Shown: one piece after another, positions 39,401 through 51,810 of the stretch | Position numbering within the stretch: position 1 is the stretch's first letter | Layout of the letters: the number at the start of each line of letters is the position of its first letter | NCBI RefSeq assembly: GCF_009914755.1 | Contig: NC_060925.1 | DNA: 64,000 nucleotides | DNA from: the human T2T-CHM13v2.0 reference genome, Homo sapiens | Strand: one strand, 5' to 3' | Notes under the pieces: model-generated | Told to the model about the DNA's origin: nothing | Seen by the model: only the letters and a program-made list of their open reading frames with translations | Databases searched by the model: none | Translations under genes and position numbers: made by a program

Positions 39401-40314
39401 CCAGGCCTCTATTAGCCATTCCTGACTGATACAGAAGACAAAAATGGCATCACAGACTCCTGAACTCCAAAGACACTGCCTATTCTTTCGTCTGTTCTTG
39501 GCAAGCACCAACATTGAGACTGTACTTCAGGGTTGATGCTGGCCATTTGGTGGCGTGAGGAGTGGGCACTCACATGTCTCTGCTAGCAGTTCTGACGTGT
39601 CCATTCCACACTGGATCCATAGAACGAGGGAACACAAGTGTCTTCTCATAAGATTTATAGAAACAGTGATCGTTGCAGAAAAATAATTAGCAAGAGAACA
39701 GACTTCAGCTCTCTGAAGGCTGATGACCACCTGTTTCTCATCTCTTCTAGTGTATGTCAAAGCTAAATTAGGTCAAATAGGAAATAAGTCAGAATCCCCA
39801 ATTCGATAGAAACTTACAGGTCTTGTGATCTAATCTGCCACTTGATCCGTGAATTACCTATAGGTCATCCCTAAGAGGTGGCCTCCAGCTTCTGCTTGAA
39901 TTCCTTCAAGGATGGGGTGCTCATTGTGGCTTTTCTAATCATCTCTGATTGTTAGAAACACTGTGAAACTTTTATCCATCAGTCCTGTTTCTGAAGCTGT
40001 ACGGTACAAATTTTTTTTTTCCCCACTTAAGGCTCAACTATTGGAATACATCTACCATGTCTCCTATGAAACTTGCTTCTCCAGGCCAATCATCCTTACT
40101 TCCTTAAACTTTTTTTTTTCCTGAAAAGTTATTCTTTTAATCTTATTAAAAAAGCAACCCATGCCCATTCCACAAATACAAGTGAAATAGTGAAAAACAA
40201 AAATCAAACTACATCTATTTGGTGATCATTATTAATGTCTTATGTTTCCTCCCAGATTGTTTTCTGCATGAATAATAACCAACAATGTGTGTGTATGTAT
40301 ATATATGCTTTTGC

Positions 40315-40320
40315 ATTAAA
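40315..40320 (+). terminator. Distal poly(A) signal ATTAAA
   Basis: upstream TGTA elements, downstream T/GT-rich sequence; more AATAAA at 40522 and 40535. Confidence 0.5.
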
Positions 40321-40607
40321 AGGTGGTTTTGAAGGTAACATTTTTTGGAGTACTGATTAAGCGCCAGCAACTCTTCCAAGCTCTTTGCATGTATTACATC
40401 AGTTAATCCCTCACACCCGTTTAAGGTAAGCATCCTTATTTTTCCCGATTTCCACACAGGCAGCACAATCCTGAAAACCTACACTGTTTTTACTAGATAA
40501 TTACTTCTCTAAAAACAAAACAATAAAAGCACTCAATAAATAGTAGTTATTATTACCCTTTTTAAGGAAGCAATCCTAATTATTGAACTCTTAAAAGGAC
40601 TAAGGGA

Positions 40608-42263
40608 TGGCTCACACCTGTAAATCCAGTGTGTCCGGAATTGGTAGGTTCTTGGTCTCACTAACTTCAAGAATAAAGCCGCGGACCCTCGCCGTGAGTG
40701 TCACAGGTCTTAAAGGCTGCGTGTCTAGAGTCTGTTCCTTCTGAAGTTCGGATGCGTTCGGACTTTCTTCCTTCTGGTGGGTTCCTGGTCTCACTGGCTT
40801 CAAGAGTGAAGCTGCAGACCTTCGCGGTGTTACAGCTCACAAAAGCAGCATGCACCCAAAGAAGTGAAGAACAAAGATTCCACACCAGGACAGAGTACGC
40901 GAGGAGATGCCACTGCTGGCTCCAGCAGCCTGCTTTTATTCTCTTATCTGGCCCCACCCACATCCTGCTGATTGGTCCATTTTACAGAGAGCCGATTGGT
41001 CTGTTTTACAAAGAGCTGATTGGTCCGTTTTGACAGGGTGTTGATTGGTGCGTTTACAATCCCTAAGCTAGACACAGAAGTTCTCCAAGTCCCCACTAGA
41101 TTAGCTAGATACGGAGTGCTGATTGGTGTATTCACAATCCCTTAGCTAGACATAAAGAGTCTCCAAGTCCCCATCAGATTAGCTAGATACAGAGTGCCCA
41201 TTAGTGCATCCACAAACCCTGAGGTAGACACAGGGTGCTGATTGGTGTGTTCACAAACCTTGAGCTAGATACAGAGTGCTGATTGGTGTATTTACAATCC
41301 CTTAGCTAGACATAAAGGTTCTCCAAGTTCCCCACTAGACTCAGGAGCCCAGCTGGCTTCACCTAGTGGATACCGCACCGGGGCCGCAGGTGGAGCTGCC
41401 TGCCAGTCCTGCAGCGTGTGCCTGCACTCCTCAGCCCTTGGGCAGTAGATGGGACCAGGCGCCCTGGAGCAGGGGCCGGAGCTCGTCGGGGAGGCTTGGG
41501 CAGCGCAGGAGCCCACGGCGGGGGTGGGGGAGGCGGCTCAGGCATGGCCAGCTGTAAGTTCCGAGTCCTGCCCCGCGAGGAGGCAGCTGAGGCCCAAGAA
41601 TTTGAGCGCAGCGCCAGCGGGCCGGCACTGCTGGGGGACCCGGGGCACCCTCCGCAGCTCCTGGCCTGGGTGCTAAGCCCCTCACTGCCCGGGGCGGCGG
41701 CGCCAGCCGGCCGCTGCAAGTGCGGGGCCAGCTGAGCCCACGCCCACCCGGAACTCGCGCTGGCCCGCAAGTGCGGCACGCAGCCCCGGTTCCCGCCCGC
41801 GCCGCTCCCTCCACACCTCCCAGCAAGCTGAGCGAGCCAGCTCCGGCCTCAGCCAGCCCAGAAAGGAGCTCCCACAGTGCAGCGGTGGGCTGAAGGGCTC
41901 CTCAAGCGCGGCCAGAGTGGGCGCCAAGGCCGAGGAGGCGCCCAGAGTGAGTAAGGGCTGCGAGGGCTGCCAGCACGCTCTCACCTCTCACCCAGGACTT
42001 TGGAGGCTGAGGTGGGTGGATTCCTTGAGGTCAGGAGTTCAAGACCAGCCTGGCCAACATGGCAAAACCCCATCTCTACTAAAAATACTGAAATTAGCTG
42101 GGTGTGGTGGTGGGCGCCTGTAATTCCAGCTTCTTGGTTGGTTGAAGCACAAGAATCTTTTGAACCCGGGAGGCAGAGGTTGCAGTGAGCCAAGAAGACC
42201 ATGCCACTGCACTCCAGCCTGAGCAACAGAGGAAGACTGTGTCTCAAAAAAAAAAAAAAAAAA
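40608..42263 (+). mobile_element. Alu split by LTR12 (pieces 40608-40629 and 41991-42263)
   Basis: tggctcacacctgtaaatccag | LTR12 | cccaggactttggagg...; 15-bp TSD AAAAGGACTAAGGGA at 40593-40607 and 42264-42278. Confidence 0.93.
40630..41990 (-). mobile_element. Solo LTR12 (ERV9; LTR12C-like), 1361 bp
   Basis: termini TGTGTCCGGAATT...CACCTCTCA (reverse of TGAGAGGTG...CCGGACACA); tandem ATTGG (CCAAT) repeats 40971-41286; CpG-rich segment 41370-41990. Confidence 0.95.
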
Positions 42264-42319
42264 AAAAGGACTAAGGGAGATGATAATATTTTCTTGGGGA
42301 GGGTTGTTATAAACATTAA

Positions 42320-42634
<315 letters not shown>

Positions 42635-43255
42635 GCCACCAAGTGACATTCTGAAGGAGAATTCAAGCAACCTGAAAAGCATAACGTCTCATATGTCAGG
42701 ATCATTTAAGGCATATTTTTCACTCCTTTGCTGCCCCGTTTATCCTTGGTCCATTGAGGTTTGCCCAGAGAGATTAAATTCTTAGTGTCAGTACAAATAA
42801 AAATTAATTTTTTTTTCTTGAAACACACGCATGCACAGAGAAGCAGCATAAGAATGCGTGAGTACTGAAGCCAAGCTGCCTAGGTTCAAATCTTTGCTTT
42901 AATATTTTCTAGCTGCGTAACTTTTGGCAAATTCCTTAAACTCTCTGTACCTCAGTTGCTATCTGTAAAATGGGGATGGTCATCATAATACCTGTCTTCA
43001 GAGTTACAATAACTAAGTTACTTAATCCATGCAGGGCACTTAGAACAAGACCAGACCTTCTTTTCCACGTTACAAAGATTAGTAAAATTTTAGAAAATTA
43101 ACTGTTATTTTGTATTATTCTTACTTATATGCCTCATACTCTTCAAAGGAAAGAAAAGAGATTTTGAGAGAGAATGGTTCAGAAAAACAGCTGTAGGGAT
43201 CTTTTTTACTTAGCAAATTCCAACTCTTAGGGGTGAGGGCGCTTATGCGTTAGGA

Positions 43256-43277
43256 ACACCAGGTGGCGCTGTAAACA
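43256..43277 (+). promoter_or_regulatory. CTCF motif (forward) abutting a FOX motif
   Basis: ACACCAGGTGGCGCTG near-consensus with CpG retained; TGTAAACA 43270-43277. Confidence 0.7.
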
Positions 43278-43379
43278 AGTACAGTAAGGAGATCTGCACC
43301 TCCCCTCGGGTGCCGGCCTTGGGCTGTGGGGCTTGTGCCTGGCAGCTCTCAGAGCTGGAGAAGACAGAGACCTAGGCCT

Positions 43380-43702
43380 CTTTTTTTTATTTTATTTTAT
43401 TTAACAATTTAAATACATAGGAAATTAAGAAATTCAAAGAGTTACAAACAACTGTGATAGAATTTGTTTATAAGTTAACACATTAAAATGATTTCATAAT
43501 CGTGTATTTATTTCAGGAAATAATTTTATGGAATAGTGAACATTACCTTTTAAGAAATGGAAAATCTCCAATAGGTTCTATGGCATATTTAAACTCACAA
43601 CTAATTTCTTAAAAACTAACTTAACAAACTCTAAATGATAATAACTGTGAGTAGCTTCATTTGGTTATTCATAACCCAATTCACAACCAAATTTACATAT
43701 AT
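43380..43702 (-). pseudogene. Possible 5'-truncated retrocopy of an mRNA 3' end
   Basis: AT-rich block between GC-rich flanks; minus strand ends AATAAAATAAAATAAAAAAAA; decayed 13-bp flanking repeat. Confidence 0.35.
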
Positions 43703-46507
43703 GAGGCCCAAGCCCAACAGCCCCCTGGCTCCCCATCACCACACTCTGGCTACACCTTTCTGCAGAGAAGAGATTGACCATAATCCCTTTAGAATTGTGG
43801 TTTCTTGTCTAACCTTTTTCCAGAGGGGTTAGAGTTTTTCTCAGAGACGGGGAGATTTTCTCTACTGGGTACTTCCCTAACTTCTTTTCCATCCACTGCC
43901 CCCAGGCCTAGGTTGTCACTTCCTTCCTTCTTGAGACTATCCACTCCCGTACCTAGGCCAGGGTGGATGTCCTCACACTTGCCCTTTGGTCCTCCTCTTG
44001 GGAACAGTACTTCCCATGCCAAAAGACATCAGGAAATCATGGGGAAAGATAGGTGAATTAATATTTATGGAACACCTACTGTGGGCCAGGCACTGTTGTG
44101 GGTGCTTGATGTACATCAGTCATCTCACAACAACCCTTAAAAGCCAGCTGATTGCTTATCACCATATAGCAGGGGAAAAACATGCTTAGAGAAATTGGGC
44201 AGGTCTCCCAAAGTTAAACAACTGGCTAGTGGCCAATGCCACATGTTTTTTTCTGAATCCCCATGTGATTGAATCCAGTGGAGAGGGAGGTCAGGACCAG
44301 CCACTCAGATGGAGATGAGTCTGCAAGGGAATTTCTCCCTTTCCATCTGTGTCCGAGTCTTGTCAGTTTTATCAACCCACTGCCTCAAACGTGAGCTCAC
44401 CTCTCTAACTTCCTTCCCACAGCTTTGCTTAGTTCAGACCTTCATTAGTCTTCATGGCATAATCTACACTTTACAAACTGATAAACTAGGCTTTTAATCT
44501 CAGCTTTACCTTTTACTCCCAGTAAGTTACCTTTGCTTACCTCAGTTTCCTTATTTGTAAGGTAGAGATGATTATGTCTTTCTTGAGTGGTATTGTAAGG
44601 ATGAAATGAAACCACATACATTAGAAAAGAAAAAGAGTCTCCTTCTCTCCCTTTTCCTTGGTCTGAGCATTGATTTATCCATTCTGTGAATATGTACTGA
44701 GCACCCACGATGTGCTAGAAATTATTTTAGGCACTTAGGACACAGCAATGAATGAGGCACACATATTTCCTGCACTCATAGAGTTAGAGTGCATAGTGTA
44801 GACAGAAAAGAAAGAATTAGAGGCTAGATAAAAGTACAATTTCAGATGGTGCTAAATGTTGGAAGAGAATAAAACAGGGTCAGGTAATAGAGATCTTTGA
44901 CCATCCTGTTTCCTTTGTCCAGAATGCCCAATCACTACTCCTCCCCTGCTGAACTTCTCCTCTCTCAAGGCCCCCTTCAAATGATAATCTCTGTGAAATC
45001 ATCACAGCTCGCTATGAACTTTAATCGTGCCCTCCTCTAGACTTTCCCACTGGTTGTCTAAATCCACCTGCGAGGCTGAGGACATTCACTCATATCTTAC
45101 TCATTGTTTCATTCTGCACACCTTTGTCCCACCCTCAAGCAAAGCTCCACGAATATACTGAAGAGGAAAACTGACACTGTAACCCCAAAGAACTACCTGA
45201 TACCTTGGTTTGCGAGTGGCAAATCCGAGAGTGAGGAGAAAGGGGACAGGCATCCTGGTACCTCCAGATGGGGACAAAGGAACAAACTTCCAAACAAAAT
45301 GAACCATTCCCCTGGGATGTGTATGTGTTTGTGTGTGCACACACCCATGTGCTCATGACTGTGTGTGGTGTGTGTGCCTGTCTGTCATAGAGGCAGGGAT
45401 GAAGACTGATAGGCGGGAAAATCTAAATCTAGCAGGAGGGATACTAGTTCTTTTGTTTGTTTTTTTCCTAAAAGGCTTTAGAAGCCTTCCTGCAAAAGGC
45501 TGGATTTCTGGGAGCCACTTAAATGAAGGCATTTTGCATATGAAGGACATGCAGAGTCTGAGTATGGTCACCCGCCCCTCACTGCCCGCAGTGAGCCGTC
45601 AGCCACCCGCATCACCCCAGCTCCAGCACCACAGTAGCAGACTGATCCTTTTTAATGAGATGCTCAGAGTCTGAGCACTCCTCCTCTCTGGGGTCCTAAT
45701 CATTTCTCAGAAAGTGGCTGCCCTGCACCCTGGAATTCACGTTTTTTGTTTCCCTTTCCACCTCCAGCCACAGGGTGAGGAGGTGTCAACAGGAGGCGAA
45801 TGGCTGTGGAACACCTGTCACAGAGTTCTTCCCATCCCCTGTGGGTGGGCAGGGAGATATCCCGGTTTTGTTCTATCTGTTATGAAACCTGCGGAGAAAG
45901 CTAAATCTGGCTGTACTGACTTAACTCCCGGGTCGAAAAAAGCTGCTTGAGAGTCTTGGGCACGGAAAGGAATCGAAGCCAGCAGCCATCATCTGTAGAG
46001 CTGTGTTTGTTCCCCACAGGAACCTGAACTCAGAGGAAATGCCAGCTGAGTTCTTCTTGCCCCATCTGTGACAGAATTCCAGCTGTTCCACGATAGCAAT
46101 CTGGCTTGGAGAGTGTAGTGGCTTCCCTACACTCCATCAAAACAAAGCAGGGTGACTTGTGAAGATACTAATTTTGGCTCCATTTTTATTGCTCTAAATG
46201 TTTCTGCAAATTGCTACCAAAAAGTTAACCAGGTCTTGTGTTCTTTGCCTTGGGGAGCTTTGGGAGAAGGGTGAACAGCATTTTCCAGGCCAAGAGAACT
46301 TTGTTGGCGTGTCATGTAATTAGAGGACATTGAAGCTAGGGTGGAGGAGGGGGAGACAGAAGCAGCCAAAGGAAAAGAGTTTTGAGGCTTCTCCTAGAAC
46401 AGGAGGGAAGGGTATTGCAAAGACCTTCCTGTCCAAGCATGGCACAAAAGCCATGACATTGCTCCCTTTAAGCACTCATAGAAGTTTGGAAAATAAACAG
46501 ATAAACA

Positions 46508-47257
46508 GGTTAATGGCAGCGAATCCATAATGGTCTGCAGCAACCTCAATTCTTGCCTCCTCAGAAGAAAGAATTCAGCTGAGGGGCATAAAGCAGAAAA
46601 GGAGACCAAGCCAAGTTTTAGAGCAGGAGTGAAAGTTTATTAAAAAGCTTTACAGCAGGAATGAAAGGAAGGAAAGTACGCTTGGAAGAGGGCCAAGAAG
46701 GTGACTTGAGAGATCAAGTGTGCAGTTTTGACCTTTTGACTTGGGGTTTTAGACGCTGGCATACTTCTGGGGCTTTGTGTCCCTTATCCCCTGATTCTTC
46801 CCTTGGGGTGGGCTGTCCACATGCACAGTGGCCTGCTAGTGCTGGGGCAGGGAGCACGCACAGTGTGTTTACTGGAATTGTACACATGTTCACTTGAGAC
46901 ATTCTTCCCTTGCCAGTCAAATGTCTCTAAAGGTCATATACCAGTTAAGCTTTGCCATTTTGCCTTGTAATGTGCATACTTGAGCCCACTTACCCAGCTC
47001 CTGGGATCAGGAAGCTGCTGATCACCAGTTTCAGGTGTTTCTGTTTATTGGGAGAAAGCCTTCCCCTGGCTCTGGCTGAAACCAATTATTATTTTAACAA
47101 GACAGTTTAACAGTCACCTGACCATCACCTGATCATTGCCTAACATTCCTGGTGTGTGTGTGGGTGGTGGGGGTGGGGGTGGAGGGGTGCCTATCCTGCC
47201 TTGCTCATGTCTGACTAGCAGACATGAGCTACCTGCTTTTTGCTACCTACTGTAACA
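46508..47257 (-). mobile_element. MER50-like ERV1 (MER4 group) solo LTR
   Basis: reverse start TGTTACAGTAGGTAGC...CAGACATGAGC; gcagcaacctcaattcttgcctcctcagaagaaagaattc...gtttattaaaaagc block. Confidence 0.8.
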
Positions 47258-47433
47258 AAAAGAGACCAGAGAAACTGAAGGCCAGGTCAGAAGGCCTTCC
47301 CTAAATGCTGTAGCCTCTATAAGACCTCCAGGATTTTTGCACAAATCTGAAATGGGGAGCCTCAAGTATGACTGAAATTGACTTTCTGGTCAATCAGGAG
47401 GGATGAGGTTTGGAGCAGATTACAGCTGTTTTA

Positions 47434-47851
<418 letters not shown>

Positions 47852-48041
47852 TTATGAGTAAACAATAGGGCAGAGGCGGGAAGCAAAACCCTAATTCAAG
47901 GGACTTTGCTCTCAACCTTGTAAAGCCACGAGTTGCAGGAGAAAGGTGGGCAACTAACATCCTGCAAGGAGTAGTGTGTTAGTTTGCTAGGGTTGCCATA
48001 ACAATGTACTACAGACTGAGTGGCTTCAAAAACTAAAATTT

Positions 48042-48345
48042 GGCTGGGCACGGTGGCTCATGCCTGTAATCCCAGCACTTTGGGAGGCCGAGGCAGGAGG
48101 ATCACTTGAGCCTAGGAGTTTGAGACCAGCCTGGACACATAGTGAGATCCTGTCTCTCCAAAAAATAATTTTATAAAATTAGTTGGGCATGGTGACACAT
48201 GCCTGTAGTCCCAGGTATGTGGGAGGCTGAGGCAGGAGGATTGCTTGAACCTGGGAGATCAAAGCTGCAGTGAGCCTGGGAGACGGAGGCTGTACTCCAG
48301 ACTGGTTGACAGAGTGAGACCCTGTCTCAAAAAACAATAAATAAG
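48042..48345 (+). mobile_element. Alu (AluJ-like)
   Basis: ggatcacttgagcctaggagtt J-type; altered right arm. Confidence 0.92.
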
Positions 48346-48563
48346 TAAATAACCAAAACTGATTTTTAATTCTGGAGGCTAAAAGTCGAAGATCAAGGTG
48401 TTAGCTGGGGTGGTTTCTTCTGAGACCTGCCTGTGTCTTCACATGGTCTTCCCTCTGTCTGTCTGTCTTTGTCCTTCTCTTCTTATAAGGATGCATATCA
48501 GATTGGATTAGGGCCCACCCTAATAACCTCCTTTTACCTTAATTACCTTTTTTTAAAAAATAA

Positions 48564-48906
<343 letters not shown>

Positions 48907-49362
48907 TGAACTACTGGGGGTTAGGACCTCAAGATAGGGATTTTGGGGAAACACAATTCAGCCCATAACATGTATTCAGGTCCCCTTTCTGCCCAGACTT
49001 TAATGCAAATATAGATTCACCAGTCTGTCCAAAAAAAAGGCCACTGAGAAAGGAGGCCACACTTCCAGGAGGAAATTACATCGGGGAGGAATAAATACAA
49101 GCCTGTGGAGGTGTGGTTACTAGAAGGGGAAGCTGAAAATCTGTTTCTTATCTGCCTACACTCTTGGTACTTCCTCCATGTGGGCTGCAAAAGTGTGGTA
49201 CCCCACACTTCAGCCCTATTTGTTTCCTTCCACCCACTCCCACCCTCTGTGTATAGCCTGGGGAAAGCATTCTGATGTTTTAGTTTTCTTTCTCCAGCCA
49301 GTCTAGGATAAAGTCTGTAGGGCATCTTTGCAGAAGCCTGCAAATATTTTGCTACAGAAAAG

Positions 49363-50420
49363 TGTTGCGGGAAGTCAGGGACCCCCGAATGGAGGGACCA
49401 GCTGGAGCCGTGGCAGAGGAACATAAATTGTGAAGATTTCATTTTAATATGGACATTTATCAGTTCCCCAAATTAATACTTTTATAATTATTTCTTATGC
49501 CTGTCTTTAATCTCTTAATCCTGTTATCTTCGTAAGCTGAGGATGTATGTCACCTCAGGACCACTATTGTGTTAACTGTACAAATTGACTGTAGAACATG
49601 TGTGTTTGAACAATATGAAATCAGTGCACCTTGAAAATGAACAGAATAACAGCAATTGTAGGGAACAAGGGAAGGCAACCATAAGGTCTGACTGCCTGCA
49701 GGGTCAGGCAGAATACAGCCATATTTTTCTTCTTGCAGAGACCCTATAAATGGACGTGCAAGTAGGGAAGATATTGCTGAATTATTTTCCCAGCAAGGAA
49801 TATTAATAATTAATACCCTGGGGAAGGAATGCATTCCTGGTGGGAGGTCTATAAACAGCTGCTCTGGGAGTGTCTGTCTTATGCGGTTGAGATAAGGACT
49901 GAAATACGCCCTGGTCTCCTGCAGTACTCAGGCTTATTAGGATGGGGGAAAAAACTGCTCCCTGGTAAATCTGAGGTCAGACCAGTTCTCTGCTCTCGAG
50001 CCCTGTTTTCTGTTGTTTAAGATGTTTATCAAGACAATATGTGCACAGCTGAACATAGACCCTTATCAGGAGTTTTTTATTTTGTCTGTGCCTTGTGATC
50101 TTTGCTTTGCCCTTTGCCTTGTGATCTTTATTGGCCTCAGAAGCATGTGATCTTTGTTCTCCTTTTTGCCCTTTGAAGCATGTGATCTTTGTGACCTACT
50201 CCCTGTTCATACACCCCCTCCCCTTTTAAAGTCCTCAATAAAAACCTGTTGGTTTTGTGGCTCAGGTGGGCATCATGGACCTACCGATATGTGATGTCAC
50301 CCCCAGCGGCCCAGCTGTAAAATTCCTCTCTTTGTACTCTTTCTATTTCTCAGACCAGCTGACACTTGGAGAAAATAGAAAGAACCTACGTTGAAATATT
50401 GGGGGTGAGTTCCCCCGATA
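49363..50420 (+). mobile_element. Solo MER11 LTR (HERVK11/HML-8), 1058 bp
   Basis: TGTTGCGGGAAGTCAGGGACCCC...TCCCCCGATA termini; exact 6-bp TSD GAAAAG at 49357-49362 and 50421-50426; TGTGATCTTT repeats; AATAAA ~50237. Confidence 0.93.
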
Positions 50421-50989
50421 GAAAAGTACCCAAACCTCTTAGTAAGCAAACCTCTTAGTTAAGAACCTACCTTATTGGACCAATTGGTGGGAAAAGCATG
50501 GCCGTAGAAGATTGGCACTAAGGTGGGGCTGTTAAGATGTGACAAAACAAACGAAGGCTAAGCTGGTGCACGTAATAATAACAGCTTCTGCTCCAGGAGA
50601 CATCTGTGGGCTCCTCAATGGCTCTTCGAGCTCTCGGACGGGTCCAGCCAAGAGAAGCCCCAGCAAATGATGTCTGATCATGTGGAGGCCTTGGTTCTCA
50701 GGGTCTCCCTGCTGGGCTTCAGGTGGGTGGTGGCTGCTGTCTCTATGAAAGCCACAGCTCCTGCTGGGCCACCCTCTCTACTACAGCCCAGCCTCTGGGT
50801 TCCTCCCCTTGCCCTGGGACACTCCAGCATCTCTTGTTCATTTCCCCTGACCCTGCCCACACCTCTGTGAATAGATACTTCATTAATCTCTCCTTAATAA
50901 CTCACATCAATGTGCCATCTGTTTCCTCTCAGGTCCCTGAGCTTTTCTGTGTGCTAGGCACTGTTATAAATATAAATATACATTTCCTT

Positions 50990-51810
50990 TTTTTTAAAAA
51001 AACAGTTTGTTAAGATATAATTCACATACCATACAATGTACCCACATAAAGGGTACGATCAATGGCTTTCAGAGTATTCGCAGATATGTACAAACAATAC
51101 CACAGTTAATTTTAGAACATTTTCATCACCTCAAAAAGAAACCCCATGTCCCTTAGCTACTACCCTCCTCTTCCCCACACCCCACCCCTCAGTCCTGAGC
51201 AACCGCTCACCTACTTTCTGTAGGTTTCTCTCTTTCTTTTTCACATGAATAGAATGCTATAGTATGTGATCTGTTACAACTGGCTTCTTTTACATAGCAC
51301 AATGCTTTCAGGATTCTTCCATGTTATTATAGCTTATGTTGGCACTTTGGTCTTTTTTGTAGTTGAACATATTCCACTGTATGAATTTAACACATTTCAT
51401 GTATCCATTTGTCAGTTGATGGACGTTGGGTTGTTTCCACCTTTTGGCTATAATAAATAATGCTGCTATAAACGTTCAGGCACAAGTTTTTGTGTGGACG
51501 TTGTTTTCATTTCTCTTTGGTATACAACTAAGAGTGGATCGCTGAGTTCTATAGTAACTCTATGTTGAACTATTTGAGAACTTGCCAAACTGTTTTTCAA
51601 AGCAGCTGCACCATTTTACATTTCCATCAGCCATCTATAAGGGTTCTGATTTCTTCACATTCTCACCAACGCTTGTTGTTATCTGAATTTTTTATTCTGG
51701 CCATCTTCGTGGTGGTGGTATCTCATCGTGATTTTGATTTCTATTTCCCTGTTAACTAATGGTGGCAAGCATCTTTTAATGAGCGTATTGGCAATATCTA
51801 TCTTCTTTTA
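50990..51810 (-). mobile_element. L1 (L1MB-like) 3' fragment
   Basis: agatataattcacataccatacaa...ttagaacattttcatcacc...caaactgtttttcaaagcagctgcaccattttacatt. Confidence 0.85.

Noticed and set aside
39540-39557. CTCF-like TGGCCATTTGGTGGCGTG in the 3' UTR
   Set aside because: Mismatches in the core (TT for CA/TA); too weak without ChIP data
40971-41340. Regularly spaced repeats resembling a CRISPR-like array
   Set aside because: Normal CCAAT-containing tandem units of the LTR12 U3 region; eukaryotic DNA with no unique spacers
41292-41984. Cluster of 100-138 aa Gly/Ala/Pro-rich ORFs on both strands
   Set aside because: GC-rich LTR12 sequence has few stop codons; no domain-like content
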